The translations under genes and the position numbers were made by a program. The notes below the pieces were generated by a model. The model had not been told where the DNA came from, did not search any database, and worked only from the letters and a program-made list of their open reading frames with translations. From contig OZ242005.1 of the NCBI GenBank assembly GCA_965204725.1, forward strand, positions 4,256,001-4,320,000: a stretch of 64,000 nt of DNA, read 5' to 3'. The DNA comes from Candidatus Latescibacterota bacterium (GTDB taxonomy: Bacteria > Latescibacterota > UBA2968 > UBA8231). Below are positions 9,885 through 18,495 of this stretch, one piece after another (within the stretch, counting starts at the first letter, position 1; each line of letters begins with the position of its first letter).

Positions 9885-10501
9885 TAATCATCCCTGTTGA
9901 GGCGGCTAATCTCGTCGCGAAGCCGTGCCGCCTCCTCATAGATTTCTTCGGCAACAGCTTGGCACATGCGTCTTTTGAGTTGGTCTAACTGGCTGACGGC
10001 TGGTGGGGCGATGATGGGACGATCTGCCTGCGGTGCGGCCACGGATAGGGCGAGGGCTTCAACTTCAGTTGGAACCCATTCGCCATCGTCGGAGCGAACG
10101 CAGCCCACCTCTTTGAGGATTTCGATGGCGGCGTAGATCGGTGCGCGAGAGCGCAAGGCTAGGGCAATTGCATCGCTGGGACGTGCGTCGAAAGTATGGG
10201 GCTTGCCCGCGTAGTCAACGAGGTGAACCTCGGCGTAGTACGTTCCCTCGCGTGAGTTAAAGTAAGTGATTTCGACCCGGGCTACCCGAGCATCGACGTT
10301 GGCGAGAATCTGATGGGTTAGGTCATAACTGAGTGGGCGCACAAACCGCCGCTTGCTGTGGGCCATAGAAATGGCTGCCGCCTCAAAGCGGCCGATGACA
10401 ATGTGCAGATAATGGTTGCCCTCGACTTCTTTGAGTACTACTTCAGGGTATAAAGAGTGAGATTTGCTGCTTAAGACCTCCTTGACTTCCATCAGAACCA
10501 T
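9884..10501 (-). CDS. Bifunctional nuclease (DUF151) with C-terminal UVR motif, second paralogue
   Basis: IVIGRFEAAAI, RPLSYDL, FDARPSDAIALALR, EIYEEAARLRDEI. Confidence 0.9.
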   Translation of the reverse strand: MVLMEVKEVLSSKSHSLYPEVVLKEVEGNHYLHIVIGRFEAAAISMAHSKRRFVRPLSYDLTHQILANVDARVARVEITYFNSREGTYYAEVHLVDYAGKPHTFDARPSDAIALALRSRAPIYAAIEILKEVGCVRSDDGEWVPTEVEALALSVAAPQADRPIIAPPAVSQLDQLKRRMCQAVAEEIYEEAARLRDEISRLNRDD

Positions 10502-10572
10502 AGCGGTACACCGCGGTTTAGTGGGCTACTGTCGATTGGTGTGTGAAATATAATACGGCTTCAAAGAAGGTG

Positions 10573-10752
10573 TCAACCGACGTGTGTTTCTTGCCCATCC
10601 GGCAAATCGCCCTCTTTGTTGCTCAACTTCAGCTCAAGTTCTGAGAGTTGGCGGCCTAGTTCCCCAGTGCGCCGGTTTAGGTGCATCAAATAGGCAAAAA
10701 GCACGACCCACACAGCCGCGAAGGCGGCAAACAAATAGTGGAGATTGTCCAT
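10573..10752 (-). CDS. ccmD: CcmD-like heme exporter small subunit (59 aa, absent from ORF track)
   Basis: Translated by hand: MDNLHYLFAAFAAVWVVLFAYLMHLNRRTGELGRQLSELE...; single TM plus coiled coil, directly after ccmC. Confidence 0.8.
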   Translation of the reverse strand: MDNLHYLFAAFAAVWVVLFAYLMHLNRRTGELGRQLSELELKLSNKEGDLPDGQETHVG

Positions 10753-10758
10753 AGTCTC

Positions 10759-11430
10759 TTACGTTTCGTCCGTTAGTTTTTGCTGCAGGAATGCCACGGC
10801 TTTTTCAATGCGGGCTAGTTCCATGCGTTGCGCTAGGAGGCGAAAGAACAGCAGGAAGAAAGCCGCGTAGCAGATCCACTTGGTGTATTGCATCATCGGC
10901 TCGAGTTCTACGTTGCGCGGCGGGTGTAGTTGTTGGTCGGCGGCCCACAGATCGACAGCGTAGTACACTAAAGGAACGTTGACGAAGGCGAGAATACCCA
11001 GTACAGCACTAGTGCGCTGTACCGGAGTAGAGTAAGCCCCATATCCTCGCACCATCAGGTAGGCCACGTAGATGGTGAAGGTGATCAGCATTGAGGTTAA
11101 GCGCGGCTCCCATCGCCAGTAAACCCCCCAGATGGGTTTAGCCCACAAAGGCCCAGTGATCAGCACGATCAACGCAAAGATCACGCCCAATTCGGCGGAG
11201 CATTGCGCTAGGCGGTCCCACTTGTCCTCGCGAGTGCGTAGATACTGTACACTGCCGACAAATACCAGAAAAAAAGCCAAGAACGAAGAAATCGCCGCCG
11301 GTACGTGAAAATAGAAGATTCGTTGGACGATTCCCATTTCTTTTTCTGTGGGTACCCAGAGAAAAATCGCCCCCAAGGCGACGAGCATAACCACAAAAAC
11401 CAAACAGGAGAATGGAACCGAACGCATCAT
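10759..11430 (-). CDS. ccmC: Heme exporter protein C
   Basis: RIFYFHVP, WAKPIWGVYWRWEPRLT (WWD domain), LHP. Confidence 0.95.
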   Translation of the reverse strand: MMRSVPFSCLVFVVMLVALGAIFLWVPTEKEMGIVQRIFYFHVPAAISSFLAFFLVFVGSVQYLRTREDKWDRLAQCSAELGVIFALIVLITGPLWAKPIWGVYWRWEPRLTSMLITFTIYVAYLMVRGYGAYSTPVQRTSAVLGILAFVNVPLVYYAVDLWAADQQLHPPRNVELEPMMQYTKWICYAAFFLLFFRLLAQRMELARIEKAVAFLQQKLTDET

Positions 11431-12104
11431 TCCTCGATCGCGTATTCAAAAAGCATTAGGGAGAGTACCGTGAAAATCACCGCGTACACTCCCAACATTT
11501 GCAGGTGCGGAAAGAGCTCTTTGCAACAGTCGTTGACCAGCACTAGCTCCGTCGCCTTCACGCTGGAAATCACCGCCGGCAAGATCATGGGGAAGAGCAG
11601 GAGAGGCAGCATTAGCTCGCGCAAACGCATGTTGTTCGACAGTGCCGCAAAGAGCGTGCCCACCGATGCTATACAAGCCGATCCTAGGACGAAGACCGCT
11701 AGTAGGGGGAGCAAAAAGAAGCCTAGAGACAGATTAAAGAAGAGGGCGAAAAAGGGCAAACTCAGAATTTCAACCGCTAAAAGAAAAACAAAATTACCCA
11801 GCATTTTACCTAGGTAGATGGAACCGCGGTCCCCCGGTGCCAACAGCAATGCGTCGAGCGCGTCGTTTTCGCGTTCCTCGGCAAAAGAGCGGCCTAGACT
11901 CAGCAAGCTGGCAAAGACATAGGACGACCAGAGCGTACCAGGTCCAATCTCGCGTAGAGCGGTCTTACCTAAATCAAAGGAGAAGTTAAACACCAGCAAC
12001 ATTAACAATATAAAGAAGACCATCGGGCTGAGGCGTACCTTAGTACGCCACTCGGCCTTAAGATCCTTCCGCAGTATCGCCAGCGCACGCCCTAAAAAGC
12101 TCAT
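11427..12104 (-). CDS. ccmB: Heme exporter protein B
   Basis: KDLKAEWRTK, RSFAEERENDALDALLL, multi-TM; start MSFLG overlaps the ccmA stop. Confidence 0.93.
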   Translation of the reverse strand: MSFLGRALAILRKDLKAEWRTKVRLSPMVFFILLMLLVFNFSFDLGKTALREIGPGTLWSSYVFASLLSLGRSFAEERENDALDALLLAPGDRGSIYLGKMLGNFVFLLAVEILSLPFFALFFNLSLGFFLLPLLAVFVLGSACIASVGTLFAALSNNMRLRELMLPLLLFPMILPAVISSVKATELVLVNDCCKELFPHLQMLGVYAVIFTVLSLMLFEYAIEE

Positions 12105-12817
12105 AGATCCGCGTCGAGATAGGGCGCACAGAGCCTGCACAGTTGGTTCGGGTCACCCGTCAGGGGTTGGTCCAAGCACCATTGCCCGCGTTCGATCACC
12201 AACAGGCGATCCACTAGGCCATCGGCTTCATCGAGGCGATGCGTCACCAAGATGTAGGTACGCCCTTCTTGCCGAAAGCGGCATACGAGGCGGTGCAATG
12301 CAGCACTGGCCCCGGTGTCGAGGCCGGTAAACGGCTCGTCAAGCAAGAGAATAGAGGGACAATGCAGGATGGCCCGGACAATAGCCAGACGCTGCTTCAT
12401 TCCGCGAGAGAACGAACCCACACGCTGGTCGAGCCGCTCGTACAAACCAACAGCCGCTAAGGCCGTAGCGATTTGTTCGTCAGGGTTTTCCAATCCATAG
12501 AGCTGGGCGAAGAAGCGCAAGTTCTCTCTCGCCGTCAGTTCGTCGTAGAGCAAGGTCTGGTGCGAGAGCAGGCCGATCTCGGCCCGAGCCTCGGGAATGC
12601 GCCAGGGATCGCGACCGTTGATCCGTACTTTCCCCACCGAAGGTTGGCAGAGGCCGGCCACCAGCCGCAGCAGGGTACTCTTGCCCGCGCCATTAGCACC
12701 AACGAGCAGCACCGCTTGGCCGTGCGGGATGACCAGATCGGTGGGATGTAGGGCTGTGTGGCTCCCGAAGTGCTTGGCAGCACCCTCTAGGACGATTGCG
12801 TCGTCTCCATCCATCAC
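12101..12817 (-). CDS. ccmA: Heme ABC exporter ATP-binding protein
   Basis: GANGAGKST, FSRGMKQRL, LLLDEPFTGLD; ccm context. Confidence 0.92.
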   Translation of the reverse strand: MMDGDDAIVLEGAAKHFGSHTALHPTDLVIPHGQAVLLVGANGAGKSTLLRLVAGLCQPSVGKVRINGRDPWRIPEARAEIGLLSHQTLLYDELTARENLRFFAQLYGLENPDEQIATALAAVGLYERLDQRVGSFSRGMKQRLAIVRAILHCPSILLLDEPFTGLDTGASAALHRLVCRFRQEGRTYILVTHRLDEADGLVDRLLVIERGQWCLDQPLTGDPNQLCRLCAPYLDADL

Positions 12818-13881
12818 GCTTCAAGTGCTTGAGTCAGGGCAACAGCTTCGCGCATCAGATGCTCTCGCTGGTCCATGTAATGCGGATCGTCGGGGCGACC
12901 GACAAAAGAATCGTCGAGCCGAGCGAGTTCTTCAATGAGATGCTGCCGCTTTCTCAATGCGCGGGCGCGATCGGTGCTCGGGCGTTGGCGGCTCAATGTC
13001 AACGCGACCCCACCGGCAAAGAACGCGCCGGCGAGGGCGGCCCATTTGAGCGACCAACGCAGCGAGGGGGCAAAGGATAAGGGGATCGCCACTTGCTGGC
13101 TTGGCTGTAGGTTTTCTAGAACAATTTTTTGGTACTGGCGTCCGTGCTGTTCGACAATACCTAGGTCAATAAAAGGGGGTTTGGGTTCCGTGGAAGGGGG
13201 ATCGAGAAAAACCTCCAAGCGGTCGGTTGGATAAATCGCCTGATGCACGTAGGGACTGTTGCGTCCGTCAAAATTAAAAGAAAAACTCCGCAGCGAGCGG
13301 CCTGGAGGCAAAGGCTGGTTGTCGAAGAAACGGCCTTCTCCGGCTTGGTGGAGGAGACCCGAGTGGCTTTGGAGGTTGAAGATGCCCGTTGGCAAGGCGA
13401 GTTCGGTCACTCGCCGCTCAGGCCCGTCGCCGCTGCCGGAGTAAGTCTGCTCTAGGGCGTTGTGAATTTGCAGGAGCTGGACACACTCAATCGCGTTTTC
13501 GCGCAAAGAAAAAAAGAGATGATGAGTACCGACGCGGATTCCAGAGGGGTCATCGGTTTTTTCGTAAACCTCGAGGATGATCTGTTGCTGCGCCCCGGCC
13601 TCAAGGGTTGAAGAGAAGTAGGGAATGTCGTTGTAGAAGGCAGCCAGCCCGAAGCGGAGCCCGCCCTGTAGGAAGGGGCCGGAAAAAGAGAAGTGCCCCT
13701 CGGCGTCAGTCTCCTTGCGCAGCATCTCGAGAGTTTGTCCGTCTTGGCGGACGTAGAAAGCCACGGGAATGCCCGGGATTCGCGCTTGGGTGAAGGGATT
13801 GAGCACATAACCGTTGATCGCCTCGCCCCGCAGGTCGGAAGCGTACAGGACTATTGCAGCGCAAAGCAAGCGCAGAACCAT
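12814..13881 (-). CDS. Periplasmic membrane-anchored hypothetical protein in ccm operon
   Basis: Signal peptide, N-terminal beta-sandwich-like region (TDAEGHFSF), C-terminal TM and helical tail LIEELARLDDSF. Confidence 0.75.
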   Translation of the reverse strand: MVLRLLCAAIVLYASDLRGEAINGYVLNPFTQARIPGIPVAFYVRQDGQTLEMLRKETDAEGHFSFSGPFLQGGLRFGLAAFYNDIPYFSSTLEAGAQQQIILEVYEKTDDPSGIRVGTHHLFFSLRENAIECVQLLQIHNALEQTYSGSGDGPERRVTELALPTGIFNLQSHSGLLHQAGEGRFFDNQPLPPGRSLRSFSFNFDGRNSPYVHQAIYPTDRLEVFLDPPSTEPKPPFIDLGIVEQHGRQYQKIVLENLQPSQQVAIPLSFAPSLRWSLKWAALAGAFFAGGVALTLSRQRPSTDRARALRKRQHLIEELARLDDSFVGRPDDPHYMDQREHLMREAVALTQALEA

Positions 13882-13884
13882 GAT

Positions 13885-14337
13885 TCAGCTAGATTCCACT
13901 AGCGAGGCCCCGCATTGCGGACAGAACAGATCGCCCTCGCGTCGCAGCACCCCACAACTGCGGCAACGAGGAGCGGTGGTCTTTTGGCGCAGAGCCGCGA
14001 CCTCTTCCTCTATGCGTCGTTCGAGTTGGTGGCTGCTCGCGCCGTTGAGCCGATCCAACTCGCCTATAACCGCTAGCGTCTCGGCCTCCAATTCGGCGAA
14101 GCGGCGCTGAAAGTCCTCTGCGGACACTTTACCGAGCTCGCGGTCGAGTTCCAACTCGACGATTTCGCCCAAAAGCTGCTCCTTGCGCTCAAAAAGCTGT
14201 CGCGTCGGCCTACTCGCCGCGCCCGCCCGCCCACTCATTAGGAGTGGACGTCCTAGATAGAGCAATAGCCCCAATAGCAGAGCGACCGAACACAAGGTGG
14301 GCAAGAGTCCCAACGCATTCATTATATAGGCCCTCAC
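13885..14337 (-). CDS. CcmI N-terminal-like membrane protein with zinc ribbon
   Basis: TM helix, ELELDRELGKVSAEDF, CRSCG...FCPQCG. Confidence 0.75.
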   Translation of the reverse strand: MRAYIMNALGLLPTLCSVALLLGLLLYLGRPLLMSGRAGAASRPTRQLFERKEQLLGEIVELELDRELGKVSAEDFQRRFAELEAETLAVIGELDRLNGASSHQLERRIEEEVAALRQKTTAPRCRSCGVLRREGDLFCPQCGASLVESS

Positions 14338-16817
14338 GGCCCGCGTCGGTTTGGCCGACCGGGCCTATCGTCGTAGTGATCCAGTTCGCGTCTCAAGCGA
14401 CTTGGATCTTGACCGTGGTCGGCTGGAGGGGCCTTGGATTGCAGAGGTGCTTGGCCTTGGTCCTTCCAGCGAACCAGCAGCGTCCGTACTAAGGCGACGC
14501 CAAACAAAAGAGCCAGAAAAGGCGCGACCCAAGCCAGCAAGTTAAACCCCTCGTGTGGCGGGGCAGCTAAGGCCATCGGGCCAAAACGCGCTACATAGCC
14601 ATCGATGATCTGCTGCCGAGTCTGGTCTTGGTCTAGAGCCAAGCCAATTGCCTCGCGTTCGGGGACCGCGAAGTCGGTGCAAAGACAGGTGGCTAGGGAT
14701 TCTCGGTTGCAATTACCGCAGAGACAGACCAAATCCTCAGCCACCGCCTTGATTTCCGCCGTTGTTGCCGCTCCTACCGGCGAGAAGCCCAGTGCCACCG
14801 CCGCGAGCACGGACACGTAAGCACGAGGCCTCCGTGCGATGGCTGAGTCCATTGCGGTCTCGCGATCCATCTGAGCTAGCCGTCGGTCGCGCGGCGTAGG
14901 CCACATCGCCCACAGTGCGCCGAGCACTAGAACGACAGCACCGAGCCACACGAAGTTGATTAGCGGGTTGATATAAACTTGGAATTTGGCACTGTCGTCT
15001 TCAGCAGAGCCGACCAGAATTACATAGAAGTCCTCGCGCCATGTCGAATAAACGGAGACTTCAGTAGTACCTTGGTCAAAAGCCGGGTAATAGCGTCGCT
15101 CCGGTAGCAGCGTCCCGAGGAATTGCTCGCCGCGATGCAGAGCCAACGCCGCGGTAGTAGTGCTGTAATTAGCGTTCTCGGCCGAGGCCAGCGACGCGAA
15201 GGTAATCCGATATTCGCCGACTTGACGCGAAGCCCTTTGGTCTAGGACGACTTCAGCTTCTTGGGTAAAAGCTTTGCCCGTGAAGCCAGCAAAGAGCAAT
15301 ACCAGCCCAAGGTGGGTCAGATACCCGCCGTACCGCCTCCGGTTCTTGGCACAGAGGCGGTACAATGCCACCGGATAAGGCTCGCCTGTACTGTGCATCC
15401 GCGCTCGTGCTCCAGCGTGAAACTCGGAGGTGAGCGCGACGAGAACGAATACGCACAGCCCGAATGACAGCACGACATAGGGATCGCGGACGCCGAGCGT
15501 AAAAAAGACTCCGCAAGAAAGTGCGCCCACCGTCACCGGATAGGTGAAGTTTTTGCGCAGACTCTCGCGGGAAGTGCGGTGCCAAGCGAAGAGCGGGCCA
15601 GCACCCGTCAACAACAGGAGCACGAGGCCGATGGGAATCGTGACTTGGTTGAAAAAGGGGGGGCCGACCGTGATTTGCTCGTCGGTCAAGGCTTCGGAGA
15701 CTAGTGGAAAGACCGTGCCCCAGAACACGGCGAAGAGCATCCCCAAGAGAATCCAGTTATTGAGCAAGAAAGCTGTCTCGCGGGAGGCAAAAGACTCCAA
15801 GCGGTTTTCGGCCTTGAGCAAGGGCAGCCGCAGCCACAAAAGCCCAAAAGAAAAAATCAGCGTTAGGACTAGGAACGTGCCAAAAAAAGGGCCGATGTTG
15901 GATTGGGCAAAGGCGTGAACCGAGGAGATGATGCCGCTGCGGGTCATAAAGGTGCCGAAGAGGCACAGCGCGTAGGTCAGGATCGCCAGTGCTACGTTCC
16001 ATACTTTGAGCATGCCCTTGCGCTCTTGAATCATAATTGAGTGCAGGAAAGCGGTGGCGACCAGCCAAGGCATCAGCGAAGAGTTCTCCACAGGGTCCCA
16101 CCCCCAATACCCACCCCATCCCAGTTCGACATAGGCCCATTTGCCGCCCAGCAGCAGACCGAAGCCGAGAAAGGTCCAAGGGATGAGCATCCAGCGGCGT
16201 GAAGCGCGGAGCCAAGTAGCGTCCAACTTGCCGGTCAGGAGCGCGGCGATGGCAAATGCAAAGGGTACGACCATGCCCACCATTCCCAAGTAAAGCATCG
16301 GTGGATGAATGGCCATGACCGGGTGTTGTAGAATCGGGTTGAGTCCGCGTCCGTCTTCTGGCGTGAAAGGCAGGCGCTGAAACGGGTCGGCGGCAAAGAG
16401 GTGTACAATGCAAAAGAAGAAGCTGGTAAGGGATAGGGTCGCCAGTGCGTAGGGCATCAATTCGCGATAGCGCTGGCGGTAGAGCGCCGCCAATCCCGCC
16501 GAGTAGAGGGATAGGATCCAGCCCCAAAACAACAGCGACCCGTTCTGACCCCCCCACAGTGCCGTTACCAAATAGAATAAAGGCATGGCGCGGTTGCTGT
16601 TTTCGGCTACGTACTCGACTTGGAAGTCGTGGGAAATGAAGGCGTGCCATAGCGCGAGAACCGCCAGCGTCAGCAGGGCACAAGTTGCCAAGACCCCGTT
16701 TTCGCCCGAGCGCACCAAACCCAAGTGGCCACGCCTCGCTCCGAGGGCCGATGCTAGAACCCCATAGCCGGACGATAGGAGTGCTAGGCACAAGGCAAAA
16801 TAGCCAATATCAACCAT
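14334..16817 (-). CDS. ccmF: Cytochrome c synthase CcmF fused to a CcmH-like domain
   Basis: WGGQNGSLLFW, HPPMLYLG, WAYVELGWGGYWGWDPVENSS, SVHAF; C-terminal LVCLCGNC...CLC...YVARFG. Confidence 0.93.
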   Translation of the reverse strand: MVDIGYFALCLALLSSGYGVLASALGARRGHLGLVRSGENGVLATCALLTLAVLALWHAFISHDFQVEYVAENSNRAMPLFYLVTALWGGQNGSLLFWGWILSLYSAGLAALYRQRYRELMPYALATLSLTSFFFCIVHLFAADPFQRLPFTPEDGRGLNPILQHPVMAIHPPMLYLGMVGMVVPFAFAIAALLTGKLDATWLRASRRWMLIPWTFLGFGLLLGGKWAYVELGWGGYWGWDPVENSSLMPWLVATAFLHSIMIQERKGMLKVWNVALAILTYALCLFGTFMTRSGIISSVHAFAQSNIGPFFGTFLVLTLIFSFGLLWLRLPLLKAENRLESFASRETAFLLNNWILLGMLFAVFWGTVFPLVSEALTDEQITVGPPFFNQVTIPIGLVLLLLTGAGPLFAWHRTSRESLRKNFTYPVTVGALSCGVFFTLGVRDPYVVLSFGLCVFVLVALTSEFHAGARARMHSTGEPYPVALYRLCAKNRRRYGGYLTHLGLVLLFAGFTGKAFTQEAEVVLDQRASRQVGEYRITFASLASAENANYSTTTAALALHRGEQFLGTLLPERRYYPAFDQGTTEVSVYSTWREDFYVILVGSAEDDSAKFQVYINPLINFVWLGAVVLVLGALWAMWPTPRDRRLAQMDRETAMDSAIARRPRAYVSVLAAVALGFSPVGAATTAEIKAVAEDLVCLCGNCNRESLATCLCTDFAVPEREAIGLALDQDQTRQQIIDGYVARFGPMALAAPPHEGFNLLAWVAPFLALLFGVALVRTLLVRWKDQGQAPLQSKAPPADHGQDPSRLRRELDHYDDRPGRPNRRGP

Positions 16818-16850
16818 AAAATGTCGGGAAAAGCCAAAAGGTCCTGCGGG

Positions 16851-17285
16851 CTAGTCGTTTGGGCTGTTCATCGCCTGCACGTGGCCTTCGTAGCTTTGTC
16901 CCTCGTATTTGGAAGGGCATTTGGCAAAGACGAGATCAGCGGCAAAAATCTGGTCGGCTAGATGGTATTCGCCTTCGAGAACTACTAGTGCCTCGTCTTT
17001 GAAGGTATCGGGTAGGACTGTGTGTCCGACATAGCGCACCCGCAGCGTGTGTTGCCCGTCGGTAATCACAAATTCGGGGCGCGAGCGGTACTGGTCCCAC
17101 TCAATCGAACCGGGCACCACGGTGCCGCCGCCTAGTTGGATGCGCTGGCCCTGATCTATCGCTCCGTCCATCAAGGTTTGCAGCGTCAGATGAGTCGCTG
17201 TTGACTGTTGGACGCCGGCAGCAAAAAGATAGATCAGGCCCGCGGCAATGACTAGGGAGCCGAGAGTAAATTTGTGCCGTCTCAT
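16851..17285 (-). CDS. ccmE: Heme chaperone CcmE (CxxxY variant)
   Basis: N-terminal anchor, V.YVGHTVLPDTF, AKCPSKY. Confidence 0.92.
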   Translation of the reverse strand: MRRHKFTLGSLVIAAGLIYLFAAGVQQSTATHLTLQTLMDGAIDQGQRIQLGGGTVVPGSIEWDQYRSRPEFVITDGQHTLRVRYVGHTVLPDTFKDEALVVLEGEYHLADQIFAADLVFAKCPSKYEGQSYEGHVQAMNSPND

Positions 17286-17351
17286 AAGATAAATTTGCTC
17301 AATTTCCCTGTCTTGTGCAACGAGTGTGCTCGTTGGCGGAAAGGGTCGCGT

Positions 17352-18491
17352 TCACACTTCGAGCACCTTGGGTAAGCTGGATAGGTTCTCGTAGCTGCCT
17401 TCGCAAACGACGACCGTATCTTCGAGCCGCACGCCCCCTAAGCCTCGGTAGTAGAGTCCCGGCTCCACCGTCACGACATGGCCGGCCTCAAGCACATCGC
17501 CGTGCGGGCCAATCCTCGGTGCCTCGTGGATCTCCAGACCTAGCCCGTGCCCCGTGCCGTGGATATAGCCCTGCATATAGCCATCTTGCTCTCCCGTCTT
17601 GTAGCCGGCGTCGCGGAAGAACCGTTGGATTGATTTGTGAATAAGGCGACCTTCGGCACCGGGACGGATGTGGTCTAAGCCCAACTGTTGAGCCTTTAGC
17701 ACGGTTTCGTACAGGTGCTGTATCGGCTTGGAGACCTGTCCCTTACAGAAGGTCCGCGTCAGGTCTCCATAGTACCCGCTCGCCTCGTCGCGCGGAAAAA
17801 TGTCGATGATGATAGGCTCATGGGCGCGCAAAGGCCCAAACCCCACTTGGTGTGGGTCACAGCCTTGGTCGCCGCCAGCAATGATGGTGTGTTCGCCAAT
17901 AGTATTGCAGTCCATTAGCGTCTGATGCACCATGCGCCGCAACCGCTCTGAAGTGAGCACATCGCCGTTGAGAAAGAGCACGCTGTCGCGTACATCGGCT
18001 GCCCGCAGCTCGTTAATTGCCGTTTCCATGCCTGCTTCGGCGGCTCTCATTGCCCGGCGTATGCCCTCAATTTCGCTGGCGTCCTTGATCTGGCGCTGGG
18101 GAAAGAGCAGCTCGGCTGCAACGACGAGTTCAATGCCCTCTCCCCGCAGAAAATCGGCCGTACCAAGGGGAAAATCAGCGGGCACTTGCAGCTTCTCCAA
18201 GCCGAGGTCGCGCAAAAGTTCCAACAAGACAGCGTTGCTGTTGGGCCGCTCTTGGCCTCTTTCCTTGACCTGCTTCTCGTACTGGGCATAAGGCAATACC
18301 CGGTTGACGCAGGCTTGGTCGCGCGCCCGGCCGATCTCTAGGTTGCGGGCGAGCATGATTTTTTCGCTAGAGGTCCACAAAAAGACAAAGGGGTCGGGAG
18401 CGCGAAATCGGGTGGCGTAGAACAGGTTGGCGCAGCGTTCGCTACTGCCGATCATCAGCAGGGCATCGGTGCCTTTTAGGTCGTGCGTCAT
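17352..18491 (-). CDS. Xaa-Pro peptidase (M24)
   Basis: IIDIFP, YYGDLTRT, HGTGHGLGLEIHEAP, TVEPGLY, GVRLED. Confidence 0.93.
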   Translation of the reverse strand: MTHDLKGTDALLMIGSSERCANLFYATRFRAPDPFVFLWTSSEKIMLARNLEIGRARDQACVNRVLPYAQYEKQVKERGQERPNSNAVLLELLRDLGLEKLQVPADFPLGTADFLRGEGIELVVAAELLFPQRQIKDASEIEGIRRAMRAAEAGMETAINELRAADVRDSVLFLNGDVLTSERLRRMVHQTLMDCNTIGEHTIIAGGDQGCDPHQVGFGPLRAHEPIIIDIFPRDEASGYYGDLTRTFCKGQVSKPIQHLYETVLKAQQLGLDHIRPGAEGRLIHKSIQRFFRDAGYKTGEQDGYMQGYIHGTGHGLGLEIHEAPRIGPHGDVLEAGHVVTVEPGLYYRGLGGVRLEDTVVVCEGSYENLSSLPKVLEV

Positions 18492-18495
18492 GGTT

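Noticed and set aside
15757-16791. Long alternative-frame ORFs (344 aa here; also 33806-34786, 54671-55624, 60769-61551)
   Set aside because: They overlap well-supported genes, have Arg/Pro/Ala-rich or antisense composition and carry no motifs; typical GC-rich shadow ORFs
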